From Gammaproteobacteria bacterium (GTDB taxonomy: Bacteria > Pseudomonadota > Gammaproteobacteria > UBA4575), in the NCBI GenBank assembly GCA_965223115.1, contig OZ244982.1, forward strand, positions 685,628 through 749,627: a stretch of DNA of 64,000 bases, in the 5' to 3' direction. Under the pieces are notes generated by a model. The model was not told the origin of the DNA. It saw nothing but the letters and a program-made list of their open reading frames with translations, and made no database searches. Below are positions 19,666 through 29,766 of this stretch, in pieces. A program made the position numbers and the translations under genes. Positions within the stretch are counted from its first letter, which is position 1. Each line of letters starts with the position of its first letter.

Positions 19666-20580
19666 GTGAGAAAAAAAATAAAAATATCATTAGTCTTGGG
19701 GAGTGGTGCAGCACGTGGTTTAGCGCATATAGGAGCTATACATTGTTTGCAAGATAGAGGATTTGAAATTAAAAATATATCTGGATCTTCTATGGGTGCA
19801 CTAATTGGTGGTATATATGCAGCGGATGATCTGGATCTTTATACTGATTGGGTTTGTGCTTTAAAGCGTAGAAATATAATTCGTATGTTAGATTTATCTT
19901 TTAATAGAAACTCTATTTTTAAAGGTGAAAAAATCATAGATGTGTTAAGTGACTTGATTGGTGATCGTAATATCGAAGATTTGCCAATTGGTTTCACAGC
20001 GGTGGCAACGGATATACTTGAACAAAAAGAAGTATGGCTGAATCAAGGGTCATTATTTGGTGCTATACGAGCATCAATTGCTATACCAATGGTTTTTTCG
20101 CCAGTAAAATTGTCAGGACGTTTGCTTGTAGATGGTGGGATAATTAATCCTGTTCCCATTGCTCCAACATTGCAAGACGATACAGAATTGACGATAGCAG
20201 TTGCGTTAAATGGCCCACCAGAGACTTTTGAAAAGGACCAGCATAGCAGTGCTCAAGAAAATAGTAATAATGAAAAGAATAGTTATCAAAAAAAGATTGA
20301 AAAGTTCATTGATGGTCTAATGCCAAAGAATACAACCCAAGATAATGAAGAGCTAGGCATACTAAATTTAGTAACTCAGTCCATGGATACTATGCAGACT
20401 TCTATTGCACGATTTAAGCTTGCTGCCTATCGCCCTGATATCGTGATAGAAATACCTAGAAATATTTGCACTTGGTTAGAATTTGATCGTGCACAAGAGC
20501 TAATCAATTTTGGTTATCAACGTACTCTTGATACGTTGACACGATATGATGAATCGTTAGAGCGAAGGAAGTTTAATTGA
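19666..20580 (+). CDS. Patatin-like phospholipase (NTE/RssA family)
   Basis: GSGAARG, GSSMG nucleophile elbow, DGG. Confidence 0.9.
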   Translation: MRKKIKISLVLGSGAARGLAHIGAIHCLQDRGFEIKNISGSSMGALIGGIYAADDLDLYTDWVCALKRRNIIRMLDLSFNRNSIFKGEKIIDVLSDLIGDRNIEDLPIGFTAVATDILEQKEVWLNQGSLFGAIRASIAIPMVFSPVKLSGRLLVDGGIINPVPIAPTLQDDTELTIAVALNGPPETFEKDQHSSAQENSNNEKNSYQKKIEKFIDGLMPKNTTQDNEELGILNLVTQSMDTMQTSIARFKLAAYRPDIVIEIPRNICTWLEFDRAQELINFGYQRTLDTLTRYDESLERRKFN

Positions 20581-20614
20581 GTAAAAATAAATTATTTTTA
20601 GTACTAAATTACTT

Positions 20615-21052
20615 TTATTGCTCCTGTATAGAGTATAAATACATGAGTAATTCGAAAATTCGTCCTCGTACTAATGTTTGTGTATTTTCAGGATTAACGA
20701 TTGACCAACTTTCATTACTATAACGGTCTCCCCATATTGGCATAAGGCGGGTGCCGTGTACTTTCATCATATCGCGACCATCAATAATGTAATAAAGCTC
20801 AACGAAAGGGAAATATCCGTTATTTTCTGCAAGTAGCTGCGTTAAATCTGTAGGCTTAAAAACTAATGCAATAGAATAAGGGCCATCACCTTTAGCCTTT
20901 TCGCCATGACAAAGCGCACAATTTTTCATGTATTCTTTTTCACCAGATAGTGCAATATTATCCAGTTCACTAGTTTGCGCAAGATTAATTTGCAAAACAA
21001 ATAATAGCATTCCATATACGAATGGTTTCAGTACTTTTCCTAGAAATAGCAT
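20615..21052 (-). CDS. Periplasmic monoheme cytochrome c
   Basis: Signal peptide, CALCH, HG..LMPIWG. Confidence 0.88.
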   Translation of the reverse strand: MLFLGKVLKPFVYGMLLFVLQINLAQTSELDNIALSGEKEYMKNCALCHGEKAKGDGPYSIALVFKPTDLTQLLAENNGYFPFVELYYIIDGRDMMKVHGTRLMPIWGDRYSNESWSIVNPENTQTLVRGRIFELLMYLYSIQEQ

Positions 21053-21112
21053 AAATTCCTCATACAGTATCTTTCTGAAAGCCTAGCCTATGCAAAAAAT
21101 TTTATATATACA

Positions 21113-21126
21113 CTGATTTACATCAA
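21113..21126. promoter_or_regulatory. FNR/DNR-like box upstream of the cytochrome c gene
   Basis: CTGAT-TTAC-ATCAA (minus strand TTGAT-N4-ATCAG), one mismatch to TTGAT-N4-ATCAA, about 60 nt upstream of the start at 21052. Confidence 0.55.
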
Positions 21127-21194
21127 TTCATAACAATTATACTAACTTTACAATATTAGTTGATAAAAGCCTTTTTATATTAAAATTCAAGTTA

Positions 21195-21599
21195 TTGAGT
21201 TCTGTCATGGTAATAGGAGTGTTGGAAGCTCTGGTCATTATTCTAATTGCAGTTACTGTAATTAAATTAGTCATTTTTACAATAAATTCACAATTATGGT
21301 ATAGGTTTGTTGAAAAGATTTATGCAAAACCAGTAATAATTTCTGTTATTGCGTTGGTTTTAGCGGGCTTAGTACTATATTTACTCATCATTTCAGGTGT
21401 AACTATATTAGAGATATTGGCAGTATGCCTATTTATAGCGTTGTTGATGATAATAGGTTTTGCTGGTTATATTGAAGACATACTTGTATGGTTTAAAAGT
21501 CAAAACACTATCCATATTTTTAAACGGCTATGGCTTTACTTGTTGGTGTGGTTTTTGTTATTAGCATGGGGTGCAGGTGAAATATTTTTAAACTATTAG
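21195..21599 (+). CDS. Hypothetical membrane protein (about 4 TM)
   Basis: Several hydrophobic stretches; no family recognised; start uncertain. Confidence 0.6.
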   Translation: MSSVMVIGVLEALVIILIAVTVIKLVIFTINSQLWYRFVEKIYAKPVIISVIALVLAGLVLYLLIISGVTILEILAVCLFIALLMIIGFAGYIEDILVWFKSQNTIHIFKRLWLYLLVWFLLLAWGAGEIFLNY

Positions 21600-21776
21600 A
21601 AAATAGCAGTTAACGATTTGTAATTATTAATCTACATATGAAGTTAAGTTGAGATTAAGTTACTATTAAATATAGAGTATATAATGCCCTTATTTAAAAA
21701 TAAGACAGGTATTCATTGCTATATCTGATATTTTTGATTTGATCTGAGAATAATTAATAAAGAAGAAAGGTTTAAG

Positions 21777-22214
21777 ATGCAGAAATTTCCTCATCATTAT
21801 CATGTGCGTGCGCAAGGATCACCTACAGGTTCGCTTACTACTTATTCGGAAGGTTTAATGGCTCTTGACATTGCAGCGCCAAAACAATTTGATGGCCCTG
21901 GTGATAAATGGTCTCCAGAAGATTTGTTAATTGCAAGTGTAGCTAGTTGTCTTATTTTAACATTTCGTGCAATTGCTAGTGCGTCAAAATTTGAATGGTC
22001 AGAACTGAGTTGTAAAACAAAGGGTGTCTTAGAAAGGGTAGAGCGTAAAACCCAATTTACTGAAATGTTTATTGATGCATCACTTAGTATCGATTCCAAT
22101 GCAGATAAGGAAAAAGCATTGCAATTACTAGAAAAATCTGAAGAAAATTGCCTAATTACTAACTCATTAACTGCAAAAATACATTTTACAGCAAATATAT
22201 CCGTGCTTTCATAA
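21777..22214 (+). CDS. OsmC/Ohr-family protein
   Basis: FDGPGDKWSPEDLLIASVASC and second Cys in CLITNSL. Confidence 0.88.
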   Translation: MQKFPHHYHVRAQGSPTGSLTTYSEGLMALDIAAPKQFDGPGDKWSPEDLLIASVASCLILTFRAIASASKFEWSELSCKTKGVLERVERKTQFTEMFIDASLSIDSNADKEKALQLLEKSEENCLITNSLTAKIHFTANISVLS

Positions 22215-22512
22215 AATACTTAAATGTTTAGTATTGAATTGAAATTTATTAATATAATTATAATTATACTAGTTATTAAGCTGTTTCTTTATTAGCATCT
22301 CAATACTCATAAAACTGATTGAGATAGTTTAATCAATAATATGTTTTTCTCTGCTTGTTCTTGATTATTTATTACCTATTGAGTCACGAGAAATTATCTC
22401 AATATAAGTGATATTGATAACAAAAATAAATATATAGTTTGTTTTATGAGTAATATTATTTGGTATAGAAACTTAAGTATATACTTGGGATGATTTAAGA
22501 GGGTTTAGACTA

Positions 22513-22941
22513 ATGAGTAAAGCTATCGTATTAACGAGTTTGATTTTTTTGATATTGTCGAACATAAGTATCGTAGGTGTATGTCAAGACTTGCAAGATG
22601 CCATTCAAGCGGGCAAGCAAGAATACATGCGTTCATGTGCACTGTGTCATGGAGATGGCGGCAAAGGAAATGGAATTTATGCTTCTAAGCTTCTTGTTAA
22701 ACCTTCAGATTTAACTTTATTACAAAAACAAAATAACGACGTGTTTCCAACGAGAGAAATTTTTCGTGTTATCGAAGGAAGCGAAACAATAAAGTTACAT
22801 GGGCCAAGGACAATGCCTGTATGGGGTGATCGATTTGATCATGAAAGTTTGCTTTATGTAGACGATCGTTTTACTAAAACTTTTGTGCGTGGCCGTATAT
22901 TCGAATTAATCATGTATCTTGATGAAATTCAACTCAAGTAG
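22513..22941 (+). CDS. Periplasmic monoheme cytochrome c (paralog of 20615-21052)
   Basis: CALCH, KPSDLT, HGPRTMPVWGDR, VRGRIFEL. Confidence 0.88.
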   Translation: MSKAIVLTSLIFLILSNISIVGVCQDLQDAIQAGKQEYMRSCALCHGDGGKGNGIYASKLLVKPSDLTLLQKQNNDVFPTREIFRVIEGSETIKLHGPRTMPVWGDRFDHESLLYVDDRFTKTFVRGRIFELIMYLDEIQLK

Positions 22942-22984
22942 CCCAAAAGAAACTACAGTTTGTTATGAGTTTGATTGAATCGAT

Positions 22985-24052
22985 ATGAGTGATCATTGTC
23001 ACAACCAAAGTCATAAATCATCTTGTCATTCCTCTAAAGGGAGAATCGATTATTTATTATGGGGTTCAATTATTGCTGTAGTTTTGTTGTATATAATTTA
23101 TTGGCAATTCTCAACAGAAATATCAGCATACGAAAAGTTAACAATTCTTGCGCATTCTATATATGACTTAATGAATACGATTTGGTGGGGAATTGCAGTT
23201 GGCATGTTGATGGTTGCGCTTTTAACAAAAATACCACGTGAGTTTGTCGTATCAATCCTGGGTACAGGCAATGGGGTAGGTGGGCTTATCCGTGCTACCT
23301 TGGGAGGTGTATTACTTGATTTGTGTAGCCACGGAATACTTATGGTTGCGGCAAAACTTTATGAACGTGGTGCAAGTACGGGCCAAGTAATGGCTTTTCT
23401 TGTTGCCAGTCCTTGGAATTCATTTTCTCTAACACTAATCTTGATTGCATTGATAGGAGTTAAATGGACATTGGCTTTTATCATTGCCTCTATGCTAATT
23501 GCAGTTATTACAGGCTACATATTTGATTTTCTAATACGTAGCGAAAGACTGCCAAGTAATCCGAATCAAATTGATTTGCCTGATAATTTTCAATTCTGGA
23601 CAGAAGCCAAAAAGCGGTTACAAGCTGCAAGTTATAAGCCTTCTTTTTTTGGTGAAATGATAAAAGATGGAATATTAGAATCTCGAATGGTAATACGTTG
23701 GATATTATTTGGTGTGCTGTTGGCTGGAATCATTCGCACTTTTATTGATGCTGGTACATTTCAAGCTTACTTTGGGCCTACTTTAGCTGGTTTAGGTCTT
23801 ACGGTGTTAGTGGCAACTATTATAGAAGTATGCTCAGAAGGTTCTACACCTGTTGCAGCTGATATTCTTACTCGCGCGCATGCACCAGGAAATAGTTTTG
23901 CATTTTTAATGGCAGGTGTGTCGACGGATTATACTGAAATAATGGTTCTTAAAGATACCACTAAATCGTGGAAAGTCGCATTATATTTACCTCTAATAAC
24001 AGTGCCGCAAGTGCTTATTATAGCCTGGTTGATAAACTTACAAACTATTTAA
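22985..24052 (+). CDS. Permease (DUF318/ArsP-like), possibly metal-related
   Basis: Multiple TM helices, duplicated LDLCSHG / IEVCSEGS motifs, FLVASP, His/Cys-rich N-terminus. Confidence 0.75.
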   Translation: MSDHCHNQSHKSSCHSSKGRIDYLLWGSIIAVVLLYIIYWQFSTEISAYEKLTILAHSIYDLMNTIWWGIAVGMLMVALLTKIPREFVVSILGTGNGVGGLIRATLGGVLLDLCSHGILMVAAKLYERGASTGQVMAFLVASPWNSFSLTLILIALIGVKWTLAFIIASMLIAVITGYIFDFLIRSERLPSNPNQIDLPDNFQFWTEAKKRLQAASYKPSFFGEMIKDGILESRMVIRWILFGVLLAGIIRTFIDAGTFQAYFGPTLAGLGLTVLVATIIEVCSEGSTPVAADILTRAHAPGNSFAFLMAGVSTDYTEIMVLKDTTKSWKVALYLPLITVPQVLIIAWLINLQTI

Positions 24053-24095
24053 TCATCCATTGTTATACGCTGCTCGTGCTTTTTAAGATAAATCT

Positions 24096-24476
24096 ATGCC
24101 AACTTATATAATTTTAAAAAACATTCATGTAATTACTGCTTCTCTATCCATCTTAGGCTTTATCATTCGTGGAATATGGATGATTCAATCATCTTCTATG
24201 CTGCAGCAAAAGTGGGTAAAAGTTACGCCTCATATCATTGATACTTTTCTGCTAGTTTCTGCGATAGCTTTGGTGATCTTGACATCACAGTACCCAGGTC
24301 CAATATCTTGGCTAAACGCCAAGATAATAGCTTTGCTTATTTATATTGTTCTGGGAAGTATAGCGCTGAAATATGGTAAAACTAAAAAAATACGTATAAT
24401 GTCATGGTGCTTAGCCTTGATTGTGTTTGCTTATATTGTTCTTGTGGCGTTAAGCAAAAATATATTTTTTGTTTAA
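24096..24476 (+). CDS. SirB2/YchQ-family membrane protein
   Basis: LKNIHV...FIIRG...PHIIDTFLL...WLNAKI...YIVLG. Confidence 0.8.
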   Translation: MPTYIILKNIHVITASLSILGFIIRGIWMIQSSSMLQQKWVKVTPHIIDTFLLVSAIALVILTSQYPGPISWLNAKIIALLIYIVLGSIALKYGKTKKIRIMSWCLALIVFAYIVLVALSKNIFFV

Positions 24477-24504
24477 ATTATGAATAGGGAGTATTTAAGT
24501 AATC

Positions 24505-24912
24505 ATGGGGTCTTTATTTGAACAAATAGGTAATCAGTCTAAAATTCAGGATTTGGCTAATGAGTTTTATGACGTAATGGATGAGGATCCACAAGCAAAG
24601 GAATTGCGTGATATTCATCCAAATAACTTAACCATGTCTAAAAAAGCCTTGTATAAATTTATTACCCACTGGTTAGGTGGGCCAAAATTATTTGGTGAAC
24701 AGTATGTAAATGCAAAGTGGTTAGAATTGAGGCATCGGCGTTTTGATTTAACTGAATCGCAGAAACAACAATGGTTATATTGTATGAATAAAGCAATAAT
24801 GAATATTGGTTTAGATAATGATTTGAAGATTGAACTTAATTCAAAATTCGAAAGTATGATTAAATCAATGCGTATTCAAAGAAGTAAAATAAACGACATT
24901 TCTGCCTCTTAG
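24505..24912 (+). CDS. Group II truncated hemoglobin
   Basis: SLFEQIG, FYDVMD, IHP, WLGGP, LRH, QWLYCM. Confidence 0.8.
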   Translation: MGSLFEQIGNQSKIQDLANEFYDVMDEDPQAKELRDIHPNNLTMSKKALYKFITHWLGGPKLFGEQYVNAKWLELRHRRFDLTESQKQQWLYCMNKAIMNIGLDNDLKIELNSKFESMIKSMRIQRSKINDISAS

Positions 24913-25195
24913 ATATAAAAATTAAGAATATTAAATTAAATAATGTTGCTACAAAAAATTTGGTTATAGTTAATCAGTGGTTATATCTAATTAAGTGAAT
25001 ATAAAAATAGCTGTATAATTTATATTCAGATAATAAATAGATATCAATTGTGAACCTTTCTTAGTTTTTGTGATGAAGGGCTAATAATCAAGGTTAGCTG
25101 GTCTCCAATCAATTTTATTTTCGCCGATACTGGATTATGTGAAAAAATAATAACTATTTTGGTTGTTAGTATTAATTGATATGGGGACGTCATAA

Positions 25196-25600
25196 ATGTC
25201 ACAACTCTTATTCATAAAATGGGATGAAGATAATATTATTAATTATCCAATTGTAGACGAGCAACATAGAGGTTTAGTCGCAACGATTAACTCTTTATAT
25301 TATTTTATTCAACAAGGATGGGAAATCAAAGATTTAAAACCTACGATTCTAATGCTGGAGCAATATGTTATGTTCCATCTGAAAACAGAACAGTCAATAC
25401 TGTCGAGTCAGGGTTTGTCAGAAGATGAAATAAAACCTATTCAAGAATATAGTTCTAGTTTTTTGCATGATTTACATAACGTTGTGACTGATGCCATCGC
25501 TCATGAAGAACCACAAGAATTATCAAAATATCTTGCCAAATGGTGGCAAGGACACAAAGTAGAGTTTCACGATAAGCTTAGTAAATATTTCGTAAAATAA
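25196..25600 (+). CDS. Hemerythrin-like protein with an atypical ligand set
   Basis: IKWDE, VDEQHRGL, FHLKTEQ, WWQGH; the central HxxxH pair is missing. Confidence 0.7.
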   Translation: MSQLLFIKWDEDNIINYPIVDEQHRGLVATINSLYYFIQQGWEIKDLKPTILMLEQYVMFHLKTEQSILSSQGLSEDEIKPIQEYSSSFLHDLHNVVTDAIAHEEPQELSKYLAKWWQGHKVEFHDKLSKYFVK

Positions 25601-25696
25601 ATTTTCTTAAAAAATAGATGCAATATAGTTTTAATAAAATATTAAAGTGATTTAGCTTTGTTATTAATTTGTAACTCAGCAATCAACAAAAATATA

Positions 25697-25892
25697 TTAT
25701 TTTTGTTTTTTGATGCGTAGAGTTATCTGCTCTTCTGTAAGTTCTAAGTTATCAGTATCTACTTCATTGATGATAACTGCTATCGTAGCAGGATTTTTTC
25801 TTAATGCATCTTGAAGTCATGTCTGTTGTGCCTTTAATTTATTCCTCAGGTGTTACGTCTTCTTTGGTAATATTTATATTTGTATAAGACAT
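25697..25892 (-). pseudogene. Degraded 4-oxalocrotonate tautomerase-family gene
   Basis: Reads MSYTNINITKEDVTPEE*IKGTTDM, then after a frameshift LQDALRKNPATIAVIINEVDTDN...; catalytic Pro1 replaced by Ser. Confidence 0.65.
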
Positions 25893-26127
25893 TTGATTTG
25901 TCTCGATGATTTAGTATTTAGTTTAGTTATCTAAACCTTACAAAAATTTTATAAGTGGTAAATAATGAGTGAAATTAATAATAGTTTTAATCAATTTGAT
26001 TATGCTGAAAAGGTCTAGAGTTATATATGAAAACATGCCTAAAAATAGTAAAACTATGTGTGTTGGTCATACTTTGTACAAAATTTACTGAGTTTTAAAA
26101 ATATTTGCTCTAGGCTATAGTTCTATA

Positions 26128-26238
26128 GCGGTCTGTGTCAGTGCCCTTGTGACGAAATACTGTGAACCCCGCCAGGCCTGGAAGGGAGCAACGGTAGCAG
26201 TTCATTCGGGTACAAAGGGATTGCTGGCACAGGTCGTT
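26128..26238 (+). ncRNA. ffs: Signal recognition particle 4.5S RNA
   Basis: Domain IV core gaaccccgccaggcctggaagggagcaacggtagcag inside a long hairpin (gcggtctgtgtcagtgcccttg pairs with caaagggattgctggcacaggtcgt); directly upstream of dnaX. Confidence 0.9.
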
Positions 26239-26279
26239 CAATCACTTAAGAAACATACGTATATCTATAAAGTCCAGGA

Positions 26280-27854
26280 ATGAGTTATCAAGCGCTAGCC
26301 AGAAAATGGCGTCCTAAGAACTTTGCCGAGGTTGTAGGACAAGGCCATGTTGTAAAGGCATTGTCTAATGCACTTGACCAGGAACGGCTGCACCATGCTT
26401 ATTTATTTACCGGAACCCGAGGAGTGGGAAAGACAACTTTAGCAAGAATTTTTGCTAAGTGCTTAAATTGTGAGCAAGGTGTCAGCTCAATGCCATGTGG
26501 CGAATGTGGGGCTTGCCAAGAAATTGACCAAGGACGATTTATAGATCTCATTGAAGTGGATGCGGCATCACGTACTAAAGTCGAAGATACACGAGAGCTT
26601 CTTGATAATGTTCAATATAGCCCGACTCGTGGAAATTATAAGGTCTATTTGATCGATGAGGTGCATATGTTGTCAGGGCATAGTTTTAATGCATTGCTAA
26701 AGACCTTAGAAGAGCCCCCGCCACATGTAAAATTCCTTTTAGCGACAACGGATCCTCAAAAACTTCCCATGACAGTTTTGTCACGTTGTTTGCAATTTAA
26801 TTTAAAACGACTGTCTGATGATGCCATAGGAAAACAGTTAGAAAAACTTATGCAAGTTGAAAATATTCCCTTCGAAAAATCAGCTTTATATTCTTTGGCT
26901 CGTTCTGCAGATGGCAGTATGCGTGACGCATTAAGCCTCTTAGACCAAGCGATTGCTTTTAGTGAAGGCAATGTTACCGATGCAGCAATACATGAGATGT
27001 TAGGCACTGTGCCAAGAGAGTATTTGCATAAGCTAATGTATGCATTAGCAAATGACGCTGCAGCAGAAATTATGCAATGCACATATGAATTATCAACATT
27101 ATCAGCAGATTTTAGCAGTTTATTTGAAGATATAATTCATACAATACATCAAGTAGCTGTAGTGCAAGCCGTGCCAAGTACATTAGATTCAATCGATTAT
27201 GATAAAGGTTTAATTGCAGACTTAAGCAAAAGTTTAAATCCAGAAGATATTCAATTGTTTTATCAAATAGCCCTGATAGGTAAGCGTGATTTATATTTAT
27301 CTATCTCACCACAAAGTGCATTGGAAATGACACTATTACGTATGCTTTCGTTTAAACCCGCCAGCAAAAGTGATTTCGTCCCAAGCGAGATAGAGCAAAA
27401 AGCTGTTAAAAATAATAATACAGTTGCAAAAGAGCAAAAATCTCAACATGACATTGAATCATTAAACGATAATAAGCAACAATGGTCTAAAATCATAGAT
27501 CATCTCAATTTGCAAGGAGTTCCATATTCTCTAGCTTCGAATTGTAGTCTTATAGATATTACAAGCAACACAATAGTTTTAAATTTAGCTCAACAACATG
27601 AAGGAATTGCTACTAATAATGTTAAACAAAAATTAGAGAAAGCGTTGCAATCATATTTTGATAAAGAATTAAAGTTGATTATCGAAGTGTCAGAGAAAGA
27701 AATTGAAACACCTGCGAAAAAGAAAGATCGCTTAGCGGCTGAGAAACGATCACAGGCTGAGAAGCATGCAGAAGAAGATGAAGTAGTAAAGGCGTTTAAA
27801 TCAAGTTTTGGTGCAGAAGTTATTGAGGGGTCAGTTAAGCCTATCAATGAGTAA
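26280..27854 (+). CDS. dnaX: DNA polymerase III subunit gamma/tau
   Basis: YQALARKWRP, GTRGVGKTT, DEVHML, SRC. Confidence 0.97.
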   Translation: MSYQALARKWRPKNFAEVVGQGHVVKALSNALDQERLHHAYLFTGTRGVGKTTLARIFAKCLNCEQGVSSMPCGECGACQEIDQGRFIDLIEVDAASRTKVEDTRELLDNVQYSPTRGNYKVYLIDEVHMLSGHSFNALLKTLEEPPPHVKFLLATTDPQKLPMTVLSRCLQFNLKRLSDDAIGKQLEKLMQVENIPFEKSALYSLARSADGSMRDALSLLDQAIAFSEGNVTDAAIHEMLGTVPREYLHKLMYALANDAAAEIMQCTYELSTLSADFSSLFEDIIHTIHQVAVVQAVPSTLDSIDYDKGLIADLSKSLNPEDIQLFYQIALIGKRDLYLSISPQSALEMTLLRMLSFKPASKSDFVPSEIEQKAVKNNNTVAKEQKSQHDIESLNDNKQQWSKIIDHLNLQGVPYSLASNCSLIDITSNTIVLNLAQQHEGIATNNVKQKLEKALQSYFDKELKLIIEVSEKEIETPAKKKDRLAAEKRSQAEKHAEEDEVVKAFKSSFGAEVIEGSVKPINE

Positions 27855-27879
27855 GCAAAAATATATTTAGGAGTCCAAT

Positions 27880-28203
27880 ATGAAAGGCGGATTAGGTAAC
27901 TTAATGAAACAAGCGCAAAAAATGCAGGAAGACATGCAAAAAGCACAAGAAGAATTGAAAAATCTTGAAGTGGAAGGACAAGCTGGAGGTAGTTTAGTAA
28001 AAGTAATAATGACAGGGAAACATGAAGTCAGAAAAGTACAAATTGATGATAGTTTGTTAGGTGATGATAAAGACATGTTAGAAGATTTGATAGCTGCTGC
28101 TATAAATGATGCCTCGAATAAAGTGGAGGAATTAACTAAAGATCAATTTTCTGATTTAACGAGTGGCTTAAATCTCCCTGGAGGAATGAAGCTTCCTTTT
28201 TAG
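27880..28203 (+). CDS. ybaB: YbaB/EbfC nucleoid-associated protein
   Basis: MKQAQKMQE...[12 protein letters not shown]; conserved dnaX-ybaB-recR order. Confidence 0.95.
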   Translation: MKGGLGNLMKQAQKMQEDMQKAQEELKNLEVEGQAGGSLVKVIMTGKHEVRKVQIDDSLLGDDKDMLEDLIAAAINDASNKVEELTKDQFSDLTSGLNLPGGMKLPF

Positions 28204-28244
28204 TCCTGCATAAGCCGTTAACCCGTATTAAAAATAACTTGTAA

Positions 28245-28835
28245 ATGTCTTCATTGTTAGACTCATTAATTGATTCACTTCAATGCTTACCAGGTGTGGG
28301 TCCTAAATCTGCACAGCGTATGGCTTTTCATCTGTTACAGAGGAATCGTGATGGTGCAAAGCATTTGGCCGAAGTTTTAAGTAAAGCGACAAGGGAAATT
28401 GGTCATTGCAATAATTGTAGAACTTTTACTGAAAAAGAGCTTTGTAATATATGCGCAGATAAATCACGTCAAGCCACTCAAATTTGTGTAGTAGAAAATC
28501 CAACAGATGTATTTGTAATTGAACAAAGTGCTGATTATCGTGGATTGTACTTTGTGTTAATGGGCCGCCTTTCGCCACTAGATGGAATCGGTCCTGCAGA
28601 GCTAGGCTTAGATATATTGGAAATGCGTTTAAATAAAGGTGTTGTTGAAGAGTTAATATTGGCAACTAATTCCACAGTTGAAGGTGAGGTGACAGCCCAT
28701 GTGCTTGGTGAAATGGCAAAAAAATATAACATCCCAACGACAAGACTAGCGCAAGGTGTACCTGTAGGCGGTGAACTTGATTATGTTGATCAGAATACAA
28801 TTGCGCAAGCATTTGCAGGCCGAAAGAACTACTGA
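28245..28835 (+). CDS. recR: Recombination mediator RecR
   Basis: [12 protein letters not shown]4 zinc finger, [18 protein letters not shown]. Confidence 0.96.
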   Translation: MSSLLDSLIDSLQCLPGVGPKSAQRMAFHLLQRNRDGAKHLAEVLSKATREIGHCNNCRTFTEKELCNICADKSRQATQICVVENPTDVFVIEQSADYRGLYFVLMGRLSPLDGIGPAELGLDILEMRLNKGVVEELILATNSTVEGEVTAHVLGEMAKKYNIPTTRLAQGVPVGGELDYVDQNTIAQAFAGRKNY

Positions 28836-28861
28836 TCTCTAATTAGTTAATATAATTATTT

Positions 28862-29737
28862 TTATCCGTATGACTGCATCATATTTTTATATGATGTATA
28901 GCGCGCTTGGTTTAATTTACCCTTGTTCAAAGCATCTTTAACAGCGCAATTGGGCTCGCTCATGTGAGCACAATTGTGAAATTTACATTGCCTGCCAAGT
29001 TCTCGTATTTCGTAAAATCCATGAATAATTTTTTCTTTGTTAAGTTTAGGTAATAAAAAATCTCTTACACCGGGTGAATCTATCAATTCACCACCATGAG
29101 GTAGGTCATATAAAATAGTGACACTGGTTGTATGTTTGCCTTGTAGTGTTGCAGTGGAAATAGATTGAGTTTTAATTTTGGTTGAAGGAATTAAGGCATT
29201 TATAAGTGTTGATTTGCCAACACCAGATTGGCCAACGAACACACATGTATTTTTACTTAGCTTTTCTGAGAGTAGATCCAAGCAGCTTGGATTTTTAATG
29301 CTGGTTTCTATAATTGAGTAAGGGAGATTTTCGTATTTATTTTTTAGTAAATTAAGTATTGCATTTGAATTAATTAAATCCATTTTATTAATTACAACAA
29401 TCGCAGATGCAGGTAGATTTTCTGCTGCTACTAAATAATGATCGATTAAATCTAAAGAAGGTTCAGGTTCGACTGCACAAACGATAACAATTGTATCTAT
29501 GTTTGCTGCGACTAATTTTATTGAAAACTCAGTTTGTCTTAATAATTCATTTTTACGAGGCAATAATGCAATGACTTCGTCACGATCTTGGTTTGTAGCT
29601 TTACATTGTATCCGGTCACCACAGACTAAATGACTGAATTTTTTTGGTGAGATACAAGAGTGCCTTATATTTTGTTCATCTTTAACAGTTATATTTGCCC
29701 CATGGCGGCTTACAACTTTTGCGTAATACTTATCGAT
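28862..29737 (-). CDS. rsgA: Ribosome small-subunit-dependent GTPase RsgA
   Basis: NKMD, GQSGVGKS, GKHTT, DSPG, CKFHNCAHMSEPNC. OB-fold-like N-terminus (KVVSRHG, LVCGDRI) continues in frame upstream of TTG 29563; proposed ATC start at 29737. Confidence 0.9.
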   Translation of the reverse strand: MDKYYAKVVSRHGANITVKDEQNIRHSCISPKKFSHLVCGDRIQCKATNQDRDEVIALLPRKNELLRQTEFSIKLVAANIDTIVIVCAVEPEPSLDLIDHYLVAAENLPASAIVVINKMDLINSNAILNLLKNKYENLPYSIIETSIKNPSCLDLLSEKLSKNTCVFVGQSGVGKSTLINALIPSTKIKTQSISTATLQGKHTTSVTILYDLPHGGELIDSPGVRDFLLPKLNKEKIIHGFYEIRELGRQCKFHNCAHMSEPNCAVKDALNKGKLNQARYTSYKNMMQSYG

Positions 29738-29766
29738 AGTGGCAGCACTTTAAAAGGTTTGATGTC

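Noticed and set aside
27714-27722. Possible dnaX -1 frameshift site (GCG AAA AAG)
   Set aside because: The heptamer is G_AAA_AAG, not A_AAA_AAG; it lies near the C-terminus and no stimulatory hairpin is evident.
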